Source: Piromyces finnis finn (lineage: Eukaryota; Fungi; Neocallimastigomycota). Taken from it: a stretch of 64,000 nt of DNA. The position numbers were made by a program, and so were the translations under genes. Where the stretch lies: NCBI GenBank assembly GCA_002104945.1, contig MCFH01000006.1:1240001-1304000 (forward strand). The letters run 5' to 3'. Of the stretch, positions 13,283-27,772 are shown piece by piece (position 1 is the first letter of the stretch; the number at the start of each line of letters is the position of its first letter). A model generated the notes under the pieces. The model saw only the letters and a list, made by a program, of their open reading frames with translations. It did no database searches and was not told where the DNA came from.

Positions 13283-16200
13283 ATGGAAATACAAAAAGAA
13301 AAACATAAAAATAGTAAAAAAAATGTTGATAATTTAACGAACAATACAACAAGTATTAATGAAAATGATAACAATCAACTACAGTATCAATACACAGAAG
13401 CACCTGATTTAATAAACAAATTATATGATTTACCTAGTCCACCTAAAGATATTGTAGTAGAACAAATATCTGATAATAATGAACTATCTAATAAAAGTAT
13501 ACCTGCTATACCATCGAATATACCACCAACATTTTCTGATTCTCAACAACCAACAAAACTAAACAACAACAATAATAATATAAATAATATAGAAAATTCT
13601 GATTTGAAAATACAAAATGAAGGTAATATGAAACATGATAAAAATTTAGAGAAAAATAATGATAGTATTAATAATAGTAATAATAATAAAGAAAACCATG
13701 AAACTGACATTATATTAATAAAAAGTGGAAATGAGATTAATGGAAATAATAAAGAAGAAAATTTAGGAAATGATATAGATATAGATGATTTGTTATTAGA
13801 AAATATTATAGATGAAAGTGAAATAGTATCATTAGAAGATTTAAATAATTTATTAAATGATGATAAGAACGATGAAAAAGAAAAAGAAAAAGAAAAAGAG
13901 GAAAAAAATATAGTAGTACAACCATCAATAGCAGCAATAGTTGATAAAGAAAATGAAATACCAATTAACTCAGTACCATTACCATCACAGCCACCAGTTT
14001 CATCAACTCAAAATGATAATCACAATATTTCAAATTTATTAGGACAGTCAATTGATAATGAAAATAAAACATTTTTACCACAAGAAAATATAAATGAAAA
14101 TAAAATAATTGAAAAAAAAGAAATAATAGAAAATATTAATAATAACACTTTGGAAGAGAACAGGGATGAAAAAATTAGTGAGGAAATTAAAGAAGAAAAA
14201 GTAGAAAATAGTAATATTAAAAATGATGATGATAAAAAAACAATAGAAACAAAAGAAAATATTGATGTAATTATTAATAATAATGAGAGTAATGAATTTA
14301 TTAAAATAGATGATATAAATATAAATAATGACAGTGTGAATAATGAAAAATTTAATAGTAAGGAATATTATAATATTATTTTATTAAGAAATCTATATAA
14401 AATATCATTTTTTACTAACATATCATATTATGTGATATTTTTTAAATGATATTTAAAGATATATATACAATATTAAAATTTTAATATTTTATTATTAACT
14501 AATATATTTAATTTATAATATTATATATGCATTATTTATAGAAGAAGATTTTTATAATAATCCAGAACTCGAATCTCAAATAAAACATGAAAAAGATGTT
14601 CTTATTGAAGAAATATCATCAAAAACAACGGAAATCCCGATAGAAAAACAAATTCAAAAAAACGGTGTATCTGTAGAAAATGAGAAAAATTCAATAACAG
14701 GCTCTAAAAATATTGTAGAATCAAACTCCGTATATTCAAATATTTACCCTAAATTAGAAAATCCAACTACTCAATCGAATGCTAACTCTGAAGAAAATAT
14801 TAATGCTACTAATGAAATTAATAATTTAATGAATGTATATAATGAGCAATATTCATCAGTACCAATGACATCTATATTTCCATCAGAATATTTAGATAAT
14901 GATCAAGATTTTGTTTTCGTACCTTCAGCACCTTCTGAAAATATATTGTTTTACATGAATGAAGAAGCCGAAGACCAGAAGTCAGGAGGAAAATCTAAGA
15001 GAAAAAGAGAAATTATATATAATAAAGAAGAAGTTAACAAACTTTATACTTTTCCATTAACAGAACCTCAATTAAGTACAATGCTTAATAATAAGGAATT
15101 GATAAATCATGAACAAAATGTAAAGACTTTTCTTAAACAAATAGAAAAAATAAATTCAAATTTTTATAATCATGTTAAAAATTATGAAGATTTAATATTT
15201 GAATTCCAAACCTCAAAATCTTTTATTAATCGTAAAATTATTGAAATTAATCAAAACATTAATGATTCATGGAAATTCGAACAAATTCTAAAAAATATAA
15301 GTCGTACTTGTGGTGATGGTGTACGTTTTTCTTATCAATATGTAACTGAAATTACTTCTATAGATGAAGAAATAATGTCACATCTCTCAGAAGAATTTAA
15401 AGAGTTTATTGATCTAATTAATCAACTTTCAGATCTTCAATTCAAAATTGAAGAAGAGAAAAAATGGATTGATAATTTTCTAAACGAGCTAATTTATTAT
15501 TTTTTTAGAAATGAAATCAATAACAACAACAACAACAACAATAATAATAATAATAATGATAATACTAATACTACTAATAAAAATTTAAATAATATATCCA
15601 AAACAGATCCAGAAAAAGCATCTAATAATAAATTATCATCCCCATGTATAAATTCAAACACATTATTAACAACATCTTCTGATGGAAATACTAATTTAAA
15701 TAAAAAATCTGATGATGAAATAAATAAAAATAATGAATTTGATAAAGAATCTACTGACAATAAAACATTAATTATTGAAAAAATGAAAAAATACTTAAAT
15801 ATTTTATTCTTTTTCATTAGAAGATATAAAAATTATGAATTTACTCGACAAATATATGAAGCAATGAATGAGGACGCTGATGAAAATAATAGTGAAGAAG
15901 AAGAAAATAATAATAATGATAATGAAAAAAATGGTTTAGGAAAGAATAAAATAGAAGATAAGGATCAGGAAAACGAATCATATGAAGAAGAAAATATAAA
16001 TATTAATAATATTTATATTACAAATAATTTTAAGGTAAAAGGAAAAACGTCAAAATGCAATATATTTACTTTTATAAAAAATCTCAAAAAGTGGATTTGT
16101 AAATTAGTTGGATGTCTTTTAACTATAGATAATTATAATGTTCATCAATTTATTCTTCTACATGTATTAAGAACTAAAGGTATTAGTTCATGGGGAACGA

Positions 16201-19200
16201 GTTTCATTCAAGTATCTTATAATAACAAAACCTGGAATGATAGTTGTATAAATGAATTTACTGCTAGATTAAATACAGTGTTTTCGCCAGTAGAGGAAAT
16301 AAAAGAAGCATATGATAAGAAATTAGAAAAAGAGCGAATTTTGGAAGAAAGTTTTAAAGAACTTGAAGTACAAGGTAATTGGGAAGTTATACGTGAAGTT
16401 AATTTCGAAGGGCCTGTTAATTTCTCATGCATTACAGAAGAAGATTATATTTCAATAATTGGTCAATTTGGTATTTTGGATAATTATTATGGATTTGTTA
16501 ATCGAATGGTAGAAAATTATAAAGATAATTATATAAATGGTCAATTAATTCATGCAAATCAATATATTCTTAAAATCATTTCAATTTCCAATCTTTTAGT
16601 GGATATTTTTAAAAATGGTTTCCATACCTTTAATATTCATCTATATCCGCTTTTAGTAAAAAGGATGGGTTATATCCTTTCTCGTATAACAGTATTTTAT
16701 GGGAAAACATTTGATGAAATATTAAAATATAATAAAGAAATTGAAAAAAAACAAAATATTTCATCAAAACTACCTAATATTCATTTAGATAAAGATGAAA
16801 TTTCAAATGGTTATATTAAAACAAAAATTCAAAATGAGGTTGATGGGTTCATTTTGAAGGTTTTCCGTATTTTAATGAATTATCCAAATGCAGACATATG
16901 GCAATATCTTGTAGATATACCATATCATGCTGTTTCAACTATGACATGTTGGAATATTGTTAGTTGCATCTTCCATTTCAAAATTTCTACAAATGATTTT
17001 GTTAAATTGTTAAACGAAAGATTGGAGCATTCAATTTATACTATCTTGAGTAATTCTGATTTTATTAGTAATTTTAATAGACCATTTGAAGAAAGTCCAA
17101 AAGAAGTTTTATCAATTATTCGTTGTTTAATTGGTATAGCACTTTCTCGTAATAAGAAATTTGGATATTATAATGAAGAATTATATCAAATGGTTTATAA
17201 TGCAGAAGAGTTACTGATGATTAAATTAATGAATGTAATATTATTCATAGTATTTAATATTTCATATATTAAGAATAATGATGATGATATGTATAAAACT
17301 ACCTTAGATTACTTTGTATGCTTATGTAATCAGCATCCACCATTAATTGCTTTTCTTCTTCGTTTGGTTAGCCAAAATTATAAATCAATTGGTTCAATGG
17401 GTATTTATATTTTTAAAGCTCTTCCTTTATATAAATATCAGATTCAATTAGAAGAATTGGCGATTTTGGAGTCATTCCTAACTCAATCTATAGACAGTGA
17501 TCGTTTTACATTTTCCCAATTTATAATTCAAAATTTGAATCTTGGATATCCTATTATTGATAATAATGAGGTAGAAGATTTTGATATTGATACTATATTA
17601 AATAATAATGATTTAACAGATTCAAAATTAGATGAATTATTAAATGTTTCAGAAACAACTGATATTAATGATAATTCACACATTATTCATGAAAAAAATT
17701 TAGATATTATAAATAAATCTGAACATTTAAAAGAAGACTACATTAAATATAAGAAAGAGCCAATAATTACGTTAACTTCATCAATGTATATACCAAAAGA
17801 AGACAAGGTTAGTAATTCAAATTTATTCCTTCCAACTACAATTCATCGTAAGCTTGCATATATTTTAATTAATACAGCATTAAAAATAGAAAAGGAATAT
17901 AAAGATAAAGGTGGACTTCTTAGTACTATATCTATTATTAATGAATCATTTGAATCAGTAGTAACATCAACTATAAATTCAATTAATAATTCTTCAAGAT
18001 TTTTATTCTCAGATAAACCAGAGGATGAGAAAGGAAATATAATAGATAATGAAGAAGTTGAAAAAGTAAAGTATAAAGAAAGTGATATTAACGAAGAAGA
18101 AGATATTGATTTTATTAATGATATTTCAATAAATTTCATTAAAAATATTACTGAAAAAGTAAAAGAATTTAAATACTGGTGTTGGGAAATTCTCATCCAA
18201 CTTAGACTATTTCAATATCCAATTTCTCAAAATTCAAATTATACATATCGTGAAATAACAAATCAATATCTCTCATATCAAAGTCAAACTATGATGAATT
18301 ATCGTAATGAGATGAACAATAATGCAATGGTTGCATATTTAATGTTAGCAAATACTGATTTGGGACATAAATTTTATTTATTCCAAGAGCATGGTTGGCC
18401 ATTACTTGATGTTATTATGAAAAAAGGACCAGAAAAAGCACTTGTTTATATATGCTCAAATATCTTCTCTGAATTTATATATACAGATGGTATAGATAAA
18501 GTTTGTCATCAAGATCAATTTATCCAGTTTTTTGGTAGTTTTTTTAAAACAAATTCATTATTTAACTTAAAAAATAAGAACGATAAAAGAAATAATAATA
18601 TAATTCAGTATGTTAACCGTATAATTTATGAATCATATATTATGGAAAGTTATAATAAAGAATATTTTAAATGTCAATTATTATTTTGGATGGAAGCTAT
18701 TTTTTCAAATTATAATGGATGGATAAATAATTCCGAATCAATAGAGCTTTTGGATCAAATGGCTAAAATTAGTTTTTCTTTCCATCGTAATCAAGATATT
18801 ATTAATTTATTATATTCTGACTTTTATGAAAAGTATTATTATAATGAAAATAATCACATATTTAATAAAAACATTGCTAATGGTGCTATACAAAATTTTG
18901 AGAGTGTTAAATATAATGGCAATGAATATATATCCATTAATCCTGGTAATAGTGGTCAATCTATAGGAAATTTTGATAGCATTCAACAAGAAGTTGATGA
19001 TTTATCGAAAATTAATAATAATAATATATCTCAAAGTGATCGTCTGAAATATATTATTATTTCAATTACTGATTCATTATTTAATCTTAAAATACCTAAG
19101 CATGAAAGAAAATATTGGTACACTTTCCATTCTCTTATGGCAGAGTCTTTGTGTGAACAACCAATATTTTTACATATAGGACATTTGCTAACTGAAAATC

Positions 19201-22200
19201 CAGATATTACTATTAATGATAAGATAATTGCAGAGGAAATAACTAAGCCATTGGACCAATTTACTATTTATAAATGGGCTAAAGAAATTATAGTATTACC
19301 TGCTGAACATGAATTAATGCCTCTCTTCTTTCAGCTTTTCTTCTGCCTTTATTTTGCAAAAGTTGAAAAACAAGGTCCATTAGGTTACAACCCATATTAT
19401 GGTTATCGTTTTTTTAGTAACAGTAAAAAAAAAGAACGCTTGATTACAGAACTGAAAAGTAAATTAGTTGAATGTAGAAAATATCATGCTAGTTGTTCTA
19501 TTCCTACAAAATTGAATGAAAAATTAGCACATCTATATAATGCAATGCATCTTTGGCTAAATGAACCAAAAATCCATTCAGGTGAATTTTATATTGGAAA
19601 TTTAAAAGATGAATATTTAACTACTGTTCTTTCTAATGTTTTAAGCAATTTCTATCCATTTAATTCAGTTGATAATCTCTGGTGGGAATATGTAGACATT
19701 GAGAGTATTCAAGGCAACTTAATGGAAAATTATTACACTAAAATTATTAAAGGAATAAAAATTAATAGTTGTATTATTCAAGTTAAAAAAATACAAGTTA
19801 ATAATTTAAATGATTCATTTATCCAAACTGGAAAATATAAAGTATTTAAGCCAAAAAACCCGACTATGATAGAAGAATGTATTGAATCCAGACCTGAAGT
19901 GAAAATTAAGAAGCCAATATTCCCTAATAAATACGATGATATAATTAATTTAGATGAGATTAATAAACAATTCATGGAAAAAATAAAATTGCTAGTAGAT
20001 GATGCCAATCATTATCATAGGCACCTAGAAAAAATTGATCAATTAAATCGTCAATATATATTTAATTTACGTCAATTATACTATACAGAAACCTTGCGTA
20101 ATCAGATTGAACGTCGTTGTGACCCACAATCTAATGTTCTTAATTTCTATAATAAATCTCTAATAACAAATATAATGAATTTAAATGCAAAAATGAAAAG
20201 TGAAGAAAGATGTAAAACTTACAGTGAATCAGACAATATTTTAAATAATACTGAAAAAGAATTTGAAAAAGGATCTGAAGAAGAAGAAAATGGGAAAAAC
20301 AGCGATGATAACAAAAAAGGAAAAGGAGATAATGATAAATTATCATCAAAGGAATCAGAAGAAAATATTAATACAAATGTATTAAAAACATATGAAGAAT
20401 TGGAAGATAAGAAAATTAAAGAGTGTTCCCAACCAGCAATTTTAGCTTATAATTATCAAAAATCATATCTAATGCATGATTCCCTAAAAGATCTTTACAT
20501 GAATGTTTGCAATAGCAAAGAAGAAATCAATGAACTCTTCAAACTATCTTCTGATATTTATAAAGCAACCATTTATCTTGTAGAAGTTATTGAATATTTA
20601 ATATCTCTGAAAAAGCATTATTTTTATAATAATTCAACTGAAAATAATGATATCAAAAATAGTGACAATGATTTGTTTAGTCATTTTATTAAAGACATAT
20701 CTATTGAAAAGAAAAAGCAAGAGTTAGAGAAAATGACTGATCAAATGTTTTATAATAGCGTTGATGCATTACTTAAAGCTTCTAAATACTATCCACCAGC
20801 TACATTCATTATTAACAAAATAATTGACGAATTCGGTGAGCATTTTATTCTTCCATCAAAAGATCAGGTTAATAAGATATATGATCGTATGAAACAAGAT
20901 AATAATAATATTGGTTTATTTATATCTCTTTTTAAACCTTCACTTTGTGATAAACGATTTATTGAACTATATCAAGAAATATCTATTTCTAAGGATTTAT
21001 TCAATTTAGATAACATTATTCTTCTTCTAAAAACATTTAATATCAAAGAATGGCTAGATTATGCTGACCCTAAACCAACAAATGAACTTAAACTTCAATT
21101 TTTAGATGTTTTATATAAACTTATAACACATTGTTCTAAACAAGAGCTAATCGATATTCACTATTATTCATTAAAATTACTTCTTCAAAATAATAGTAAT
21201 CATTTAGATATTATGAAAACAGCTTTTAAACATTTAATAAATTGCTCAATTGATGGTACTATTGATGCTTCACTCTATAACATTTATATCGAATCAATTG
21301 GAGGTGACATCGAATTAATAGATAATTACTTAAATTCACCAGATTCTATTAAATTGAGAATTAATAATGAAATAGCAATTGAACTTTTGTACATAATTAG
21401 TAATACATATTATGAATTAAGAAATAAAAAAGAAAGGTTATATATTATATTTTCTAAATATATAAATGAAATGTTTGATTTAGTGGCTGTTCTTTATTGC
21501 TCTCTGGGAAAAATAGATATTTCGCTTTTACCGGATGATCAAAATGATAGTAAAATACCAAATTCATTAAAATCAAAAACTTTGTGTGATGAAGTTTTAA
21601 ATATTCTTAGAGAAATTATTAGTTATGATGATACTAATAAACAGGATATAAATAATATTCAAGAAATGGCGTTAAATAATTACTCTAATTCATCCTGCGA
21701 AAAATCGAATAACAAGGAAAATAATTGTAATAATGTATTTAATTTATTAGATAATGGCATTATTTCTCCAAAAACAGAAATATATTGGAAATTGGTTGAA
21801 TACCTTTTCCAACCTTGGATTGTCTTAGCTAATTTAGGTTCGGAAACATTAGCACCAACTGCCTGGGATATTGAACATAAAAATAAAATACAAAAATTGC
21901 TAAGAACATTTACTCATTTAACTTCACGTTATCTTAATACTGCAATAGAAAAAACAAATGCTATTCAAAACGTGTGGAATTTTTATAAAAAATGTATTGA
22001 ATCTCGTCAACCTGATTTTATACTGTACTCTATAAATGAAAGATTCTTAACTTTTTCATGGGAACATTTCAATCTAAATTATGAAAACATTTCCACAATA
22101 TTTAAATGGAAATGTTCTAATTGGCTAACTTCTGAAGTTCAACGTTTCTTAAATTATTTATTAGAAATGGTGGACTGGGGTATACCAATAAATAATGGTA

Positions 22201-23867
22201 ATGAAACTATTGATTATAGAATCGAAATGCTTCTTTCCGTTGTATTCTATTTAATTCGTGGTACTGATGATATTATGTCTTCTTCTAAACAACAAGAATC
22301 CTATTTCACCATTCTTAATGATAAGTGTTTTAAAAAGGTAAATTGGAGTAATTTAGATAGTACATATTACCAAAAGATTATTGATGAATGTCCAAAAAAA
22401 TACCCTTCAGGTTCATCAGCTCTTATGTTTACAATGTCTTCATTAAAAACAATGACTGGTGCATATAATATTACCAATAATATCCGTAAAACAGAAGAAT
22501 CATTTAAAAAGATAGACGCCTTTTTTGAGTTTATTAGTCAAGTGATTAAAGAACAACTTCAAATTTTTGGTACACCCATCAATTTTAATATTTCTAAAAT
22601 TGGAATGCTAATAAAAGGTTTTCTTGAATTTATTGATTTAGCTGTTATCCACACAAATGAAATGCAAAATGATGAAAACATAAAAAAATTTACTTTTGAG
22701 GTTCTTTGTAATTCTTATAAAAAAATTATTCAATTAATGAATATATGTCAACCAGGAGATTGTTTCTTTATAGAACTTTGGATTGGAATTAGTTATTATG
22801 TTACTTCATCAACTCATTATCCTATATCAATTCTTTCCACGACTCATTATTTCACTAATATTGAATATATGGCTGTTTTAAATGAACTTTGTATTCAAAA
22901 GCATTTAACTATCACTAATAACGATAGCACATATTCGTTGAATCCATGGAATTTAGTTATTAAAGAACTCACAGTACCGGAATTAGAGTTAAATGAATAT
23001 ATTAATATTTGTAAAAATCATGGTCTCTTTTTAACTCTTTATACATATGGACTACAGAAATTAGAAATAATTAACGATGAATTTATTAGTAATATAAATA
23101 TTACGCCAGAAAATCCAGATATAAATAATGTATGCCCATACGACCCATATACCAATATTTATGAATTCATGAAAGAAATATATACATGGATTTTAGCATT
23201 TAAATCTGATAGTAAAGAATTTTCTGAAAATAATATCATTCTTGTTATATCTCTTTTTGCGGATATTATGACTATCTATCCAGAACTCTCTCAGTTTACT
23301 TATTTTGGAAAATTTTTAATATCAATAATTGAAACTTTAATCAATTGGGTGGAACCAAAAAATAAAATGTTAGTAAACTTAGGATTGGTTAAAAAAACTC
23401 GATTCTCAAAGAATTTCCAATTCTATCTTCGTTCTTTCTTAATCTATCTTACAAATACTATTCAATTTTTCGTTGATTTTAAACCATTATTTGATGGATC
23501 CAAAAATAAATCTACTGATGTAACTATTAATTTAGTACCAATATTAGATACAGAAGGAAATATAGAAGGAGAAACTTCAGATAATATCACTTTACCAATA
23601 GAGAGATCAAAAGCAAACAAATCTAATGATATTATATGTTGGAATTGTGAAAAATATCTAAATTCCTTAAAAATGTTCCCAATTGATAACACAAACCCAG
23701 ATAATAATGATAAAAATTATATTGGATGGTTAGATGACACTATTGATAGTATATTAGCTCTTCAACCAGATAACCCATTATTAATTCTTTTTCGGAATGC
23801 ATCGTCCTTTGCTGAACAATTACGTATAAAACTTTACCCATCTGTTAGAAAATATTATCATATTTAA
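13283..23867 (+). CDS. EPG5: EPG5 (ectopic P-granules protein 5) autophagosome-lysosome tethering factor; 2 exons 13283-14357 and 14542-23867, about 3,466 aa
   Basis: The GT (14358) to AG (14541) intron joins both long ORFs in frame. Recognisable EPG5 blocks: KKWICKLVGCLL...HQFILLHVLRTKGISSWGTSFIQV, ITEEDYISIIGQF, WQYLVDIPY, IFKALPLYKY and IYKWAKEIIVLPAEHELMPLFFQLFFCLYF. Confidence 0.85.
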
Positions 23868-24531
23868 ATAATTAATATAATATAAACATAAACAATATTA
23901 TATAATTATATAATTTAAAAAAAAAAAATTATAAAATGTATATTATTTATGGTTATATTTAATTCATAATTTTATTTCTTTATTATTTTCTTCTATCTTA
24001 ATTATAAATAGTATAAATAATTAATAAAAAATCATAAAACGTTTTTAAATTGATTTTTAATAGTATTTGTAAATATTAATATATACAAACTTAAAACACT
24101 CATTAAAATAATGATATAATTTTTACTAATAAACACTTTCCTTTAAATAAATTTAAAATCTTCAAATTTGAATAGTTAATTGAATTATTTGAAAAAATAT
24201 TTTTTTTTCAAATAAATATTAGTATTATTAATATTTTTTTTTTATTTATTATTATTTTTTTATATATATATTTTTTTATTAATATTATTTATAAATTGGT
24301 TTTATTAAACATTAATTAGTTTATATTCATTTATTTATTTGTTTGAATCTTTGATTATTTTATTTGTTCGTTTGATGATATTATAAATTTTTTATCTTAT
24401 GCTTTTTTATATTTTAAAATTGATTTTTTATTACAATTATATATATATTGATATTTTTTGATAAATTTAAAAATTATTATTCATTCATTAATATTTTATA
24501 CAAAAATCAATGAATAAATATTTCAAAACGT

Positions 24532-26035
<1,504 letters not shown>

Positions 26036-27772
26036 CTTTTAAATATATCATATTGTTGTTGCATTTATTATATTAAATTTACGAATCATAAATTTTGAAG
26101 AAAAAAATAAATAATATAAATAAGTAAAAAAAAAAAAAAATATTAATTTTAAAATAAAAAAAATATGTTATAATTTTAATTTTAAATATTTCAATGATAT
26201 TAATAATATTTTTATCTTCTTATTTAATATTGTATGATCAAAAAGGAATTCACTAAATTTTGTTTATATTATAATTAATTTGAAATGATTTCTTTAAATA
26301 TTTAGATCAATTATCCATTTCTTAGTTTGATTCTTTTTCTTAATAATAATATATACAATAGATTTGAACTTTTAATTTTATTTTTTCTATTATATTATAT
26401 TACACTATATTATATTATTTATATCTGAATTTTATCATATAATTTTTTTATTCCGCTTATCATATATTTGATTTACATTTGATTTACATAATTTCTTACT
26501 GTTAAATTTCACATAGAGAAAATATAAATGTTTATTTTTATAATTACTCTTATATTGTTTCTTTTTATTCATAAATATACTATAAGTAAAATGAATGAAT
26601 ATTAGATAATTACTATTTCATTAAATGTATTCATTCATTTTCTTTTCAAATGATTATTTTTTAAAATCTTATTTGTAGAACTATTAATTTTCTTATTACA
26701 ATAATATATATAAATATAATATATTAATAATTTAAATAAAAAAAAGGATTTGTACTTTTGTCTTTTATATATATATATTTTTTTTTATTAAAATGCTTTT
26801 AAAATGTTTTCTTTATTCACTAAAAAAAAAAATAATAAAACAAATCTTTAATTTATTTTTTTATTTTTTTTTAAAAATTTAATTTAAAAAAAAAAAACAC
26901 TGTATTTTTAAAAAATATTTTTCTTATATTAATATTTTTACAATTGATTTTTATTAATAACTTAATTCTTAATAATTAAAAATGTTTAATTAAAAAATAT
27001 ATATTTATTTATTAAATATATTTATTAATAATGAATATAAATTATATATATATAATTTTTTTTAAAAAAAAATAATGAAATTATGCTTAATAAATAATTA
27101 CTACTTTATAGCATTATATAGAATATAATACTTTAATATTGTATCTAACGAGATACTTTTTTTTTTAAATGATTTAATAATTATTCCATCTTTATGGAGA
27201 ATACATTTTTTTATTTAATTATTTCAATATTAATAATTTAATTAATTAAAAAGTGTTATTGTTATTAATAATTTAATTATTTAATACATTACATTTTATT
27301 TAAATTTTTTAAATATATTTATTATTATTTGATATCAATTATAATAAATAAAGTTTCATTATAATTAGATATTGATATTCTGATTTTCTTTTTTCTTTTT
27401 TTTTTTTTTTTTTTTTTCTTTTAACCTCTTAAAATAAGTAATTTTTTTAAAAAATAATAATAATAATAATAACAATAATTATATTAATCTTAAAAAAGTA
27501 TTAATATAATAGATAATATATTGTACTTTTATACTAAAAATATTAAAATAATATTTTTAAAATAGCATAAAAAGTATATAATCACACAAACTACAGTTAA
27601 TTAAAATATAATTTTTGTTTATGGAAAAATAAAAATAATTAAAAGTATTTAATTTATTTTAATGTTAAAGTAAATAAAATAATTAACATCAAAATAACAT
27701 CAAAATACATTAAAATTAATTTGAAAATTATTGTATTATATAAAATTCTTGTTTATTTTAAAATAAAAAAGG

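Noticed and set aside
27141-27200. Two tiny hairpins (gtatct-aacg-agatac and tccat-cttt-atgga)
   Set aside because: Stems of 5-6 bp are expected by chance in 64 kb, and there is no other support.
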